A stretch of DNA of 64,000 nt from Pseudomonadota bacterium (GCA_963205165.1 CAUJJX010000030.1:878-64877); one strand, 5' to 3'; shown: positions 18,630-28,020, counted from the first letter of the stretch. The notes: generated by a model from the letters alone, not told the origin. Made by a program: numbers and translations.

Positions 18630-19781
18630 ATGATCGACGCACTCGCCCCCGCCACCATCCCCGCGACCGACGAGGCCTTGCGCCACGAGGTCCGCGCGTT
18701 CCTGCGCGAGCACCTGCGGGATCGTCCGCTCGAGGCGCGCGCGCGATCGTGGATGGGCTTCGATGCCGAGTTCAGTCGTGCCCTCGCGGCGCGCGGCTGG
18801 GTCGGACTCACGCTGCCCGTCGAGTACGGCGGCGGCGGACGCAGCCCGTTCGCGCGCTTCGTGCTCATCGAGGAACTCCTCGCGGCCGGTGCGCCCGTCG
18901 GTGCGCACTGGATTGCCGATCGCCAGAGCGGTCCGCTGCTGCTGAAGTACGGCACCGAGGCGCAGAAGCGCTTCCACCTGCCGCGCATCTGTCGTGCGGA
19001 GTCGTTCTTCTGCATCGGCATGAGCGAGCCGCAGTCGGGGTCCGATCTCGCGAGCGTCCGGACACGCGCCGAACGCGACGGCGACGGCTGGCGGCTGTCG
19101 GGGCAGAAGCTCTGGACGACGCACGCGCCGCGGAGCCATTTCATGATCGCGCTCGTGCGCACGTCCGGCACGCCGGACGACCGGCAGCGCGGGCTGTCGC
19201 AGGTGATCGTCGATCTCGCGGCGCCGGGCGTGACGATCCGGCCGATCCTCGATCTCGCGGGCGATGCGCATTTCTCGGAAGTGTTCTTCGACGACGTGCA
19301 GCTCGGGCCGGATGCGATCGTCGGGCAGGAGGGCGAGGGCTGGGCGCAGGTGACGGCCGAACTCGCGTTCGAGCGCAGCGGGCCGGAGCGCATCTATTCG
19401 AGCCTCGTGCTGTTCGACGCGTGGCTCGATCATCTGCGCGCCGTGCCGTTTCCGGACGAATCGTCGATCGCGCTCGCGGGCCGCATCGCGAGCCATCTCG
19501 CCGTGCTGCGCGCCATGTCGCTCGCGGTGACGGCGAAGCTCGTCGCGGGCGAGAGCCCGGTCGTCGAGGCCGCACTCGTGAAGGACCTCGGCACGACGCT
19601 CGAACAGTTCATCCCGACGGCCGTCGCCGACGTGCTCGGCGCCCACCCGGACCGCGAGATCGATCCGTCGCTGCTGCGCGCGCTCGCGTACGTGACGCAC
19701 GTGGCGCCGTCGTTCTCGCTGCGCGGCGGCACGCGGGAGATCCTGCGCGGCATGATCGCCCGGGGGCTGGGGCTGCGATGA
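18630..19781 (+). CDS. Acyl-CoA dehydrogenase family protein (large subunit of a two-gene ACAD pair)
   Basis: ACAD hallmarks are present: FFCIGMSEPQSGSDLASVRTRAERDGDGWRLSGQKLWTT and GEGWAQVTAELAFERSG. ATG at 18630 (MIDALAP...) is preferred over the track start at 18597. Confidence 0.85.
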   Translation: MIDALAPATIPATDEALRHEVRAFLREHLRDRPLEARARSWMGFDAEFSRALAARGWVGLTLPVEYGGGGRSPFARFVLIEELLAAGAPVGAHWIADRQSGPLLLKYGTEAQKRFHLPRICRAESFFCIGMSEPQSGSDLASVRTRAERDGDGWRLSGQKLWTTHAPRSHFMIALVRTSGTPDDRQRGLSQVIVDLAAPGVTIRPILDLAGDAHFSEVFFDDVQLGPDAIVGQEGEGWAQVTAELAFERSGPERIYSSLVLFDAWLDHLRAVPFPDESSIALAGRIASHLAVLRAMSLAVTAKLVAGESPVVEAALVKDLGTTLEQFIPTAVADVLGAHPDREIDPSLLRALAYVTHVAPSFSLRGGTREILRGMIARGLGLR

Positions 19782-20767
19782 GCGCGGATCCGTTTCTCCA
19801 CGCGATGGAGCGCCTGCTGGCGCACTACTGCACGCCGTCGTTCGTGCGCTCGGTCGAGGGCGGCGGCGCGGTCGCCGTGCTGCGCGACGAGGTGGCGGGC
19901 TCCGGCTTCGCCGATCTCCTCGTGCCGGAATCACGCGGGGGCGGCGGTCTCTCGCGGGCGGACGTCGGTCCGGTCCTGTTCGCGTGTGCCCGTCACCTGC
20001 TGCCGCTGCCGCTCGACGCGACGATGATGGTGCGCGCCGTGAATGCGTCGACGCCCGAAGGCTTCGTCGCGATCGCGCCGCACGCGACGATTCTGGAAGA
20101 CGGGGCGATCGAGTGCCGTGGCGTGCCGGATGCTGCGACCGCCGACTGGGTCCTCGCGGCGTTCGAGCAGGAGGCCGTGCTGCTGCCGGTGGTCGCGGCG
20201 GAATCGCGCTCGCCGCTGGCCGGCGGTCCGATCGTCGCGGACCTGCGCTGGCGTTCGCTGCCTCGCGCGGCGGTGGGTGTTCCGGGGAATCACGACTGGT
20301 TCGCGGCGGGGGCGATGCTGATGGCTGCTCGGATCGCCGGCGCGATGGACCACGTGCTCGCGGTCACGCTCGCGCACGCCGCCGACCGCCGGCAGTTCGG
20401 CAAGCCGCTCGCGCAGTTCCAGGCGATCCAGCAGCAGCTCGCGGTGATGGCGGAGGAGGTCGCGGCCGCGCGCATGGCGGCGTCGCTGGGATTCGGCGGT
20501 GAAGGCATGTTGCCCGACGCGCTGCAGGCCGCCGTCGCAAAGGCACGCACCTCGGAGGCCGTGCCGTCGGTCGCGTCGATCGCCCACGCGGTGCACGGTG
20601 CGATCGGCATCGCGGCCGAGTTCGATCTGCAACTGTTCACGCGGCGGCTGCACGCATGGCGGCTCGCGTTCGGGTCCGAGGGTCACTGGCACGGCCGGAT
20701 CGGGCGGATGCTGCTGGCCGACGGCGCGCCGGTGCTCGATGCGGTGGTGCGGCGGGTGGTCCGGTAG
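19778..20767 (+). CDS. Acyl-CoA dehydrogenase-like protein (second, shorter subunit)
   Basis: The C-terminal ACAD helical domain is present (RQFGKPLAQFQAIQQQLAVMAEEVAAARMA ... HAVHGAIGIAAEFDLQLFTRRL). The ATG overlaps the upstream stop (ATGA at 19778-19781). The upstream 470 codons of the 803-aa track ORF are spurious. Confidence 0.75.
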   Translation: MSADPFLHAMERLLAHYCTPSFVRSVEGGGAVAVLRDEVAGSGFADLLVPESRGGGGLSRADVGPVLFACARHLLPLPLDATMMVRAVNASTPEGFVAIAPHATILEDGAIECRGVPDAATADWVLAAFEQEAVLLPVVAAESRSPLAGGPIVADLRWRSLPRAAVGVPGNHDWFAAGAMLMAARIAGAMDHVLAVTLAHAADRRQFGKPLAQFQAIQQQLAVMAEEVAAARMAASLGFGGEGMLPDALQAAVAKARTSEAVPSVASIAHAVHGAIGIAAEFDLQLFTRRLHAWRLAFGSEGHWHGRIGRMLLADGAPVLDAVVRRVVR

Positions 20768-20890
20768 GGCGTCGCGTCACCGAGGGCGGTCGGCGCTGCC
20801 GGCTGCGGTGTTCCGACGCGGATCCGTTCGGTCGCGGGTGTCAGGGCGGCCTGCGTCGCCCGGAAAGCGCCTGCTCTTCGCCAACCCCGG

Positions 20891-20914
20891 GGTCACCGGC
20901 ATGCACCGGTGACC
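20891..20914. terminator. Hairpin between convergent ACAD and TetR genes
   Basis: GGTCACCGG (20891-20899) pairs with CCGGTGACC (20906-20914) around the loop CATGCA. Flanking C/G runs can extend the stem imperfectly. There is no U-tract. Confidence 0.35.
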
Positions 20915-20933
20915 GGGGGCCGCAGCGAATTGC

Positions 20934-21620
20934 TCAGGCAGGTGTCGCCGCGGCGGATTCCGGCGTGGACGAGACCGCCGGCAGCGCGGCGCTCGGCGTG
21001 CGGAGCATCCTCGAGATCATCAGTTCGAGCATGAACACGCCGCGCTCGAAGACCGGTCGCCATTCGTAGACCGGGATGTTCCCGCACGCGATGTGCAGGG
21101 AGATCACGCCGTGCACGCCAGCCCAGAACGTCTGGGTAATCAGATGCGCGTCGGTCAGCTCAGGCCGGAACACCTTCGCGTCGATGCACTGCTGGACGAT
21201 GGACAGGGACAGTCCGTAGGAATCCGTCTGCGGATCGGACCGCTTGTTCACGAATACCGGATCGTGGCCAGGCAGCAGCGGCGTCATGTACATCAGGCGG
21301 TAGTGGTTGGGCTGTTCCAGGCCCATCTTCAGGAACGTCGTGCAGATGCCGCGCAGGCGGTCGAGCGGCGCCTGGTGTTCGAGGCTCGGGAGGAAGGCTT
21401 CCATCGTCATCGCGATGTCGTCCTCGACGAGCGCCCGGACCATCTCCTCCTTGTCCTTGAAGTACTTGTAGATCGTGGCCGGGCAGTACTCGATGGAATC
21501 CGCCACCTTCCGCAGCGTCACCGCGTCGTAACCCTCCGACGCGAAGAGATTCCTGGCGGCATCCAGGATCCTTCCCCGCATCTCTTCACGCTCCCGCGCA
21601 CGTCGTTCCGTCGAGCCCAT
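20934..21620 (-). CDS. TetR/AcrR family transcriptional regulator
   Basis: The N-terminal HTH is GRILDAARNLFASEGYDAVTLRKVADSIEYCPATIYKYFKDKEEM. ATG at 21620 has AGGA 6 nt upstream. The track GTG at 21650 would lie inside the operator palindrome. Confidence 0.88.
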   Translation of the reverse strand: MGSTERRAREREEMRGRILDAARNLFASEGYDAVTLRKVADSIEYCPATIYKYFKDKEEMVRALVEDDIAMTMEAFLPSLEHQAPLDRLRGICTTFLKMGLEQPNHYRLMYMTPLLPGHDPVFVNKRSDPQTDSYGLSLSIVQQCIDAKVFRPELTDAHLITQTFWAGVHGVISLHIACGNIPVYEWRPVFERGVFMLELMISRMLRTPSAALPAVSSTPESAAATPA

Positions 21621-21639
21621 TGAGGTCCTGACAAATAAA

Positions 21640-21665
21640 AGTGTCGACACTATAAACAGTGTTTA
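21640..21665. promoter_or_regulatory. Two adjacent palindromes in an AT-rich divergent promoter region (candidate TetR operators)
   Basis: AGTGTCGACACT (21640-21651) is a perfect 12-bp palindrome. TAAACAgTGTTTA (21653-21665) is a 13-bp palindrome. A related AGTGAACAC follows at about 21670. The region is conspicuously AT-rich in a GC-rich genome, and the first palindrome begins 20 nt upstream of the TetR start. Confidence 0.6.
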
Positions 21666-21911
21666 CTAGAGTGAACACCGTTTTCTCAGTGACCATTTGC
21701 CACTTGCCAGATACGAGTCTATGCCTCGGACAGGGTCAATGCAACGCACTGATGAATATGACTTTTCGGTCAGTTTCTCGGGCGGGCGACAGGTGTCGCT
21801 GGCACTGCTGGAACGGTCGGGAGTCTGGACCCGCCGCGGTTCCCGGCGCGGCATGGTCCAAGGTTGCTGCCCCTCGAGTGCAGCTTTCCGGGGTGCTCTC
21901 AGGAGAACACC

Positions 21912-22277
21912 ATGAAAGCTCGTCACATCGCTGTTGTCGCCCTTTCCGCCTTCGCTGCCATCGCCGGTTCCGCCTCGGCGGCCGACGACGGCGTCATCCA
22001 CTCGCGCACCGTGCTCGACGGCCATCCGCGCCACTGGGAAGGCAGCGGCATCCCCGCTCACCTGGTCCGGAACGACAAGCCCGTCGTGGTCTCGACCGAC
22101 CGTCTGGCGCAGTTCGGCCGCGATGGCACGGTCTCGGTCAAGGGTGCAGCTCCCCTGACGACCGGCGATGCCGCCACGGCCGCTCGCGTCGGTCGGGACG
22201 CACCGGTTGCCACGGTGCGCCTGAAGGCGCCGGTCACGGCTGCCCCGGCGACCGCACCCCGTCACGGCCGCGTCTGA
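21912..22277 (+). CDS. Small secreted protein with three spaced hydrophobic-G-R-[D/V] motifs
   Basis: The RBS AGGAGA sits 5 nt upstream. The signal peptide is MKARHIAVVALSAFAAIAGSASA. The mature part contains FGRDG, VGRDAP and a C-terminal HGRV at ~25-aa spacing. Confidence 0.7.
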   Translation: MKARHIAVVALSAFAAIAGSASAADDGVIHSRTVLDGHPRHWEGSGIPAHLVRNDKPVVVSTDRLAQFGRDGTVSVKGAAPLTTGDAATAARVGRDAPVATVRLKAPVTAAPATAPRHGRV

Positions 22278-22330
22278 GCCGAACCGAATCCGAATTCACC
22301 GATACGACCCACTCTTCACGGAGCAATGAC

Positions 22331-22591
22331 ATGAACTTCATCAAGACCCTCTCCGCCGCGACCCTGCTCGTGGCTGCCGGCAGCGCGTTCGCCCAGTCGG
22401 GTTTCCAGTCCGCCGAATTCGGCCGTGACGGCGTCGCCCGCGTGGTCCCGAGCCAGCGTGCCGAATCGGACGCGAAGCACGCTCAGGCATTCGGTCGTGA
22501 CGTGCCGGCCACGCGTGCCGCCATCAACGGGAAGGTCGCGCCGGAAAGCGCGCGTTCATCGGTCGCGCTCGAACGCGTCGGCCGTTCCTGA
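22331..22591 (+). CDS. Small secreted protein, paralogue of the preceding gene (FGRDG / FGRDVP / VGRS motifs)
   Basis: The RBS is GGAG. The signal peptide is MNFIKTLSAATLLVAAGSAFA. The same three-motif layout is present as in 21912..22277. The rest of the 310-aa track ORF upstream is spurious. Confidence 0.7.
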   Translation: MNFIKTLSAATLLVAAGSAFAQSGFQSAEFGRDGVARVVPSQRAESDAKHAQAFGRDVPATRAAINGKVAPESARSSVALERVGRS

Positions 22592-22668
22592 GTTTCACTT
22601 GCAGTGGTTCGAAGCCGGCGGGCTGCCGTCCGCCGGTGAGCAGCAACGTTGGACTCCTCCCCTTTGAT

Positions 22669-22718
22669 CCCCGCCGTCGGCCGACTCCCTCCAATCCGGC
22701 CCCGGCGGGGTTTTTTTT
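22669..22718 (+). terminator. Putative intrinsic terminator after the small-protein genes
   Basis: CCCCGCCG (22669-22676) pairs with CGGCGGGG (22703-22710), with a structured 26-nt interior, followed by T8 (22711-22718). A second, U-less hairpin CCGGCGG/CCGCCGG lies at 22615-22636. Confidence 0.5.
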
Positions 22719-22794
22719 GGGGGGAGTGCGCACGTGATTGCGCGGGGGGCGAGCGAAGTCCGGCAGTACCGGGACAGCCGACGTCAGCGCGTCG

Positions 22795-25700
22795 TCACCG
22801 CACCAGCTGCGGCCATTGCGCCCAGGCGACGTGGCCCTCGCGACGCAGCATCGGTTCGACCGTCGCCGCGTCGACCGGCGGGCTGAACAGGTAGCCCTGC
22901 ATCTGGCGGCAACCGTGCGCCAGCAGGAACGCCGCCTGCGCCGCGGACTCCACGCCTTCGCCCACGAGATCGAGTCCGAGATCGCTGCAGAGTGCAGCGA
23001 CGGTGCTCGCGATGATCGCGTTCTTGCGGTCGTCGGGCAGCGCAGCCACGAGCGTCCGGTCGATCTTGAGTCCCTGGATCGGGAACCGTGACAGCTGCGC
23101 CAGCGAACTGTGGCCTGTCCCGAAGTCATCGAGCGACACGTGGATGCCGAGGGCGCGCATCTCGGTGAGCACCTGCTCGGAGCGTTCGGGCTCCTGCATG
23201 GCCGCGCTCTCGGTGATCTCGATGCCGAGCGCACCGGGCGGAATGTTGTTCTCCTCGACGGCGGCCCGCACCTGGTCCAACAGACCGGGCTGGCGGAACT
23301 CGAGCGGTGACAGGTTCACCTTCACCGCGATGTGCGTGAGCCCCGCGTCGTGCCACTTCCGGAGCTGGCGGCACGCCGTCTCGAGCACCCAGCGTCCGAT
23401 CGAGTCGATGACGCCGGTCTCCTCGGCGATGTGGATGAATTCCGCCGGACCCAGCAGCCCGCGCGTCGGATGGCGCCAGCGCAGCAGCGCCTCGACACTC
23501 AGCACGCGTCCGTCGGTGGCGTCGACGGCGGGCTGGTAGTGCAGCACGAGCTGGTCGCGCGCCACGGCGAGGCGCAGGCCGGTCGCGATGTCCAGGCGCT
23601 GCATGACCCCGGCCGTGATCTCCGGCGAGAAGAAGCGGCAGCGGTTGCGGCCTTCCTGCTTCGCGAGATACATCGCGGCGTCGGCCTGTCGCAGCAGGAG
23701 GTCGGCGGTGACGCCGTCACCCGGGAAGCGGCTGATGCCGATGCTGGCGAACACGGTCAGCTCGTGGCCGTCGACGACGATCGGTCGGCCGACCGCCTCG
23801 ATGAGCTTGGCGGCGACGGTGGCGGCCGCGGCGTCGTCCTCGACGTCGTCGAGCACGATCGCGAACTCGTCGCCGCCGAGCCGTGCGACGACGTCGAATT
23901 CGCGCAGGCCGTCGCGCAGGCGCTTCGCGGCCTCGACGAGCACGCGGTCGCCGATCTGGTGGCCGAGGGAGTCGTTCACCGACTTGAAATGGTCGAGGTC
24001 GACGAACAGCAGCGCGACGCGGCGCCGCTGCCGTCCGGCGCGCCGGATCATGTCGCCGGCCCGCTGGAAGTACAGCGCGCGGTTGGGCAGACCCGTGAGG
24101 TTGTCGTGGTACGCGAGGAAGTGCATCCGCTCGGCGTCGCGTTCCTGGCGGGAGATGTCGGTGAAGACGAGGACGACGCAGTCGGGGTGGCCGTCGGGTT
24201 CGCGCATGACGCTCGCACTGACCCACGCGGGATACGTCGCGCCCGACTTGCGGCGGTCGGAGATCCGGCCTTCCCAGTGGCCGCGTTCGCGGACGCCCTC
24301 GACGAGGCCGGCCGTCTCGCCGAGCCGGTACAGGCGGCTCACCTTGCCCAGCGTCTCGTCCGGCGAGTAACCGGTGATGCGGCCGAAGGCCGGGTTGACC
24401 CACAGGATGTGCCAGTCGGTGTCGACGATCAGGACGCCCTCGGCCATGTCGTCGAGCGCGCGTCCCATGAGACGCAGGCGCTGGTCGGCGCGGCGCTGTT
24501 CGGTGATGTCGATGTTCGTGCCGATGAGGCGCAGCGCGCGGCCGTTGTCGTCGCGTTCCATCACCTTCGCGCGGGACGCGATCCAGCGGTACTCGCCGCT
24601 CGCGAGCCGGATCCGGTGCTCGACCTCGTAGTCGGCAACGTCGCCCTTCAGCGTGCGCAGATAGCGGTCGCGCAGCGTCGCGTGTTCCTCGGCGGGGACG
24701 AGCGGGATGAGGTCGTCGAACGTGACGGTGATCTCGCGGCGGGGCTCGCCGAGGAAGACCGACCAGTTCGCGTCGAGGTAGACGCTCTGCGTGGCGCAGT
24801 CGACGTCGAACAGGATCTGCCCGGTGGCCTCGATCGCGAGCGAGAGACGCTCCTTGGCCTCGCGAACCATCGCGGCCTCGCGCCGCTCGCGGGTGACGTC
24901 GCGGGCGACGACGACGACCTTGTCCGTGTCGTCGCCGGGGGCCGGAACGGGTTCCACGGCACAGTCGATCAGCCGGATGCCGTCCTCGCTCTCGAGCCGC
25001 AGCTCCGTGTGGCAGCCCGTGCCGGAATCGAAGGTCTGGCGGAGCACCGCCCGCAGGCGGTCGAGGTCGTCGGGGTGCACCTCGCCGAGGCTCGGTCGCG
25101 ACATCGAGATGTTGCCGCGCACGAGGGCCCGCGTGAGCGAGCGGCTGCCGTAGAGCTGGCGGCCGTTGCGATCCCAGACGGCGATCATGTCGGTCACGTT
25201 GTCGGTGATGAGCCGGAACATCTCGGCGTTGGCGCGAAGCTCGGCCTCGGCCCGTTCGCGTTCGGCGAGCTGGCCGCGCAGCGCCTGCGTGCGGTCGGTC
25301 ACGCGACGTTCGAGCGTGTCGCGCATCTGGCGAAGCTCGGAATTCGTGCTCGTCAGCGAATGCACGAGATCGGTCTGCGACGAACGCAGCCGCAGGCTCT
25401 CGTCGAGCACCTTCTGGAAACGTCGCGCGCCGCCGAGCAGCGTGACGAGATAGACGATCGAGACGAGGGCGAAGAGCGAGTGGATCCGGTCGCCGCGCAG
25501 CAGCATCACGCCGAAGCTCGGCACGAGGATGAGTATCGCGAAGTCGCGGTACACGGCGAACACGGTCGCGAGATACGGCACGGCCGCGCCGGTCACGCCG
25601 GCGAGCACGACGGCGACGAACATCTCGGTGGCGGTCGTGGGATCGTGTGGCAGGGCGAGCCACGTCGCGCCCCAGCAGGCACCGGTCATCGCGGTGCCCA

Positions 25701-26019
25701 TGCGGAAACGCGTGAGCCATGTCTCGTAGGTCGCGCTGCCGGTGTTCCGGACGAAGTTGCCGTGGAGCACGAGGCGCGCGCCGAGGATCGTGCACATCGC
25801 GGCGACCCAGACGATCGTCTGCACCCTGCCGGTCGAGAACCAGAGGCTCGTCGCCACGATCACGGCGACCACGAACGACATCGCCAGTCCGAACAGCGCG
25901 TTCGCGTACAGCTGGCGGACCCGATGGGTCAGCGCCGTGTGGGCATGGTCGCCCGGGGACGATTGGTCCGCTGCGAACGGCGTGTCGCTGATGGCATCCT
26001 GCGCGGCGGGGGGTGACAT
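22795..26019 (-). CDS. Membrane-anchored PAS-PAS-PAS-GGDEF-EAL c-di-GMP signalling protein
   Basis: The 1074-aa product has an N-terminal block of ~5-6 TM segments, a coiled-coil and three PAS-like repeats. The GGDEF motif is RLGGDEFAIVL. The EAL domain is shown by VEALLRW, EITESA and DDFGTGHSSL. ATG at 26019 was read on the minus strand (ATGTCACCCCCCGCC). Confidence 0.88.
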   Translation of the reverse strand: MSPPAAQDAISDTPFAADQSSPGDHAHTALTHRVRQLYANALFGLAMSFVVAVIVATSLWFSTGRVQTIVWVAAMCTILGARLVLHGNFVRNTGSATYETWLTRFRMGTAMTGACWGATWLALPHDPTTATEMFVAVVLAGVTGAAVPYLATVFAVYRDFAILILVPSFGVMLLRGDRIHSLFALVSIVYLVTLLGGARRFQKVLDESLRLRSSQTDLVHSLTSTNSELRQMRDTLERRVTDRTQALRGQLAERERAEAELRANAEMFRLITDNVTDMIAVWDRNGRQLYGSRSLTRALVRGNISMSRPSLGEVHPDDLDRLRAVLRQTFDSGTGCHTELRLESEDGIRLIDCAVEPVPAPGDDTDKVVVVARDVTRERREAAMVREAKERLSLAIEATGQILFDVDCATQSVYLDANWSVFLGEPRREITVTFDDLIPLVPAEEHATLRDRYLRTLKGDVADYEVEHRIRLASGEYRWIASRAKVMERDDNGRALRLIGTNIDITEQRRADQRLRLMGRALDDMAEGVLIVDTDWHILWVNPAFGRITGYSPDETLGKVSRLYRLGETAGLVEGVRERGHWEGRISDRRKSGATYPAWVSASVMREPDGHPDCVVLVFTDISRQERDAERMHFLAYHDNLTGLPNRALYFQRAGDMIRRAGRQRRRVALLFVDLDHFKSVNDSLGHQIGDRVLVEAAKRLRDGLREFDVVARLGGDEFAIVLDDVEDDAAAATVAAKLIEAVGRPIVVDGHELTVFASIGISRFPGDGVTADLLLRQADAAMYLAKQEGRNRCRFFSPEITAGVMQRLDIATGLRLAVARDQLVLHYQPAVDATDGRVLSVEALLRWRHPTRGLLGPAEFIHIAEETGVIDSIGRWVLETACRQLRKWHDAGLTHIAVKVNLSPLEFRQPGLLDQVRAAVEENNIPPGALGIEITESAAMQEPERSEQVLTEMRALGIHVSLDDFGTGHSSLAQLSRFPIQGLKIDRTLVAALPDDRKNAIIASTVAALCSDLGLDLVGEGVESAAQAAFLLAHGCRQMQGYLFSPPVDAATVEPMLRREGHVAWAQWPQLVR

Positions 26020-26142
26020 CACATCGGCATCGTGAGCGAGCGGAAACGGGGCCGAGTATAGCTCGCGATCCCCGCGCCAAAGCCGCTCGGTGCGCCCGGT
26101 TTCCGCATTGTTCGCGACCGATCGGGACGCTAGAGTCCGGGC

Positions 26143-27144
26143 ATGAAGTTCTGCAGCGATCCCACGCGCCGGACCATGCTTGCGACCGGGTTCGGGCTCG
26201 CGGGCGGATCCGTGCTTGCGTCGTTCCCGTCGATCGCCGGTGATCGTCCTCCGTCGCGGGATGTCCGGCTCATCGTGCCGTTCACGCCGGCCGGCGCGAC
26301 CGACCTCCTGGCGCGCGGATTCGGCGATGCGCTCGCGAAGCGGACGGGCCGCATGGTCGTCGTCGAGAATCGCCCCGGTGCCGGCGGCAATCTCGGTGCG
26401 GAACTCGCCGCACGGGCCGCCGCCGACGGACACACGCTGCTGATCGCCCCGCTCACGATCTACGCGGCCGGCACCACGCTGCAGCCGACGCGCGCCTTCG
26501 ATCTGGTCCGCGACTTCGCGCCCGTCGCGACGCTCGCGCGGGTGCCGCACGTGCTCGTGACCAGCCCCGGACTCGGTGTCGCGGACGTCCCGGCACTCAT
26601 CCGGGTGGCGCGGGAACGGCCCGGCCGGATCGTGCTCGCGTCGCAGGGTGTCGGGACCATCTCCCATCTCGAGGGCGCGCTCTTCCAGCACATGGCGGGT
26701 GTCGAGTTCACGCACGTGCCATACAAGGGCAGCGCACCGGCGCTGCTCGACCTCGTCGGCGGACGCGTCCAGATCATGTTCGACAGCGTCGCGGCAGCGT
26801 TGCCGCAGATCCGGGCCGGACGCCTGCGCGCACTCGCGGTCACGACGGCGGCACGCACCGCGATCCTCCCGGACGTCCCCACGGTCGCGGAGGACGGGCT
26901 TCCCGGCTACGCGGCCGAATCCTGGGTCGGGATCCTGGTGCCGGCGCAGACGCCGCGCGCGGACGTCGACCGGCTCGCGGCGGACTGCCGCGCCGTCGCC
27001 GCGGGCCCGGCGCTGTCCGCGCGCCTCGCCGGGCAGGGGTTCGAGGTGGACGTCCGGACCGGTGCCGACGTCGAGGCACTCATCCGCCGCGAGATCGCGC
27101 ACTGGGCCGCCGTCATCCGCCGCGCCGGCATCGTGCTGCGGTAG
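26143..27144 (+). CDS. Bug-family (TctC-like) tripartite tricarboxylate transporter substrate-binding protein
   Basis: It has a Tat-type signal (TRRTMLATGFGLAGG). Bug-family stretches are present: RLIVPFTPAGATDLLAR, VENRPGAGGNLG and HVPYKGSAPALLDLVGGRVQ. Confidence 0.88.
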   Translation: MKFCSDPTRRTMLATGFGLAGGSVLASFPSIAGDRPPSRDVRLIVPFTPAGATDLLARGFGDALAKRTGRMVVVENRPGAGGNLGAELAARAAADGHTLLIAPLTIYAAGTTLQPTRAFDLVRDFAPVATLARVPHVLVTSPGLGVADVPALIRVARERPGRIVLASQGVGTISHLEGALFQHMAGVEFTHVPYKGSAPALLDLVGGRVQIMFDSVAAALPQIRAGRLRALAVTTAARTAILPDVPTVAEDGLPGYAAESWVGILVPAQTPRADVDRLAADCRAVAAGPALSARLAGQGFEVDVRTGADVEALIRREIAHWAAVIRRAGIVLR

Positions 27145-27278
27145 CCGGCACATGCGTGCATGCCCGTGCTTGCAGAGACCGTCCCGACAGGCCTTAATTG
27201 CCCCTCCGCACCGGACCGTCTGCCTGCCGGCGTCCGCAGCGTGAACACGAACCGACCACCACGGAGGCTCACCACATC

Positions 27279-27968
27279 ATGATCGGCGATCCGGTCGCAC
27301 TCACCATCCGCCGCGATTTTCCGCGGCCCTCGATGACCCTGATCGACGCGTTCCGCGACGCGCCGACCGGCTTCGTCACCGATGCGTTCAACGGCCGCGG
27401 AAGCATGCATCACGGCATCAAGCCGCTGCTGCCGACGATGTCGTTTCTCGGCACGGCTGTCACGGCGCAGTGCAGTCCGATGGACAACCTCGCCGCGATG
27501 GCGTGCCTCGACTTCGCGAAGCGCGGCGACGTCATCGTGATCGCCGCGGCGGGCGACGACTTCGCCGCGACGATCGGTGATCTCTGGGCCATCTGGGCGA
27601 AGCGCATCGGCATCGCCGCGATCGTCGTCGACGGACTCGTGCGCGACGTGCCGGGCCTGCTCGACGCCGACATTCCCGTTTTCACGCGCGGTCACTGTCC
27701 GAACGCCGGCTATCGCAACGGCCCCGGCGAGATCAATCTCGGTGTCGTCTGCGGCGGCGTCGCGATCAACCCGGGTGACATCCTCGTCGGCGATCGCGAT
27801 GGCGTCGTCGCGGTGCCGCTGGAACAGGCCGAGACGGTGGCCGCCCGGCTGTCCGCCGTCCGCGTGAAGGAAGCCGAGGCGCTCGACAAGGTGCGCCGCG
27901 GCGAGAAATTGCAGTTCTGGAACGAGGCCGCTCTCGCGTCGCGGGGCGGTGTGCGCTACATCGATTGA
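27279..27968 (+). CDS. RraA-family protein (HMG/CHA aldolase / oxaloacetate decarboxylase-like)
   Basis: The RraA-fold signature regions are AATIGDLWAIWAKRIGIAAIVVDGLVRDV and GDILVGDRDGVVAVP. ATG at 27279 follows ACGGAGG. Confidence 0.7.
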   Translation: MIGDPVALTIRRDFPRPSMTLIDAFRDAPTGFVTDAFNGRGSMHHGIKPLLPTMSFLGTAVTAQCSPMDNLAAMACLDFAKRGDVIVIAAAGDDFAATIGDLWAIWAKRIGIAAIVVDGLVRDVPGLLDADIPVFTRGHCPNAGYRNGPGEINLGVVCGGVAINPGDILVGDRDGVVAVPLEQAETVAARLSAVRVKEAEALDKVRRGEKLQFWNEAALASRGGVRYID

Positions 27969-28020
27969 ATCACCGGCGATCCGCGACACGCGGACGACGA
28001 ACGACGGAGGAGAGGACAGC

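Noticed and set aside
21621-21650. GTG-initiated 10-codon N-terminal extension of the TetR gene
   Set aside because: The GTG lies inside the 12-bp operator palindrome. ATG 21620 has a properly spaced AGGA and gives a normal TetR N-terminus.
26020-27153. 378-codon upstream extension of the GGDEF-EAL ORF (track ORF 22795..27153)
   Set aside because: The extension is antisense to the well-supported Bug-family gene and is Arg/Asp/Pro-rich. The membrane sensor domain begins right after ATG 26019.
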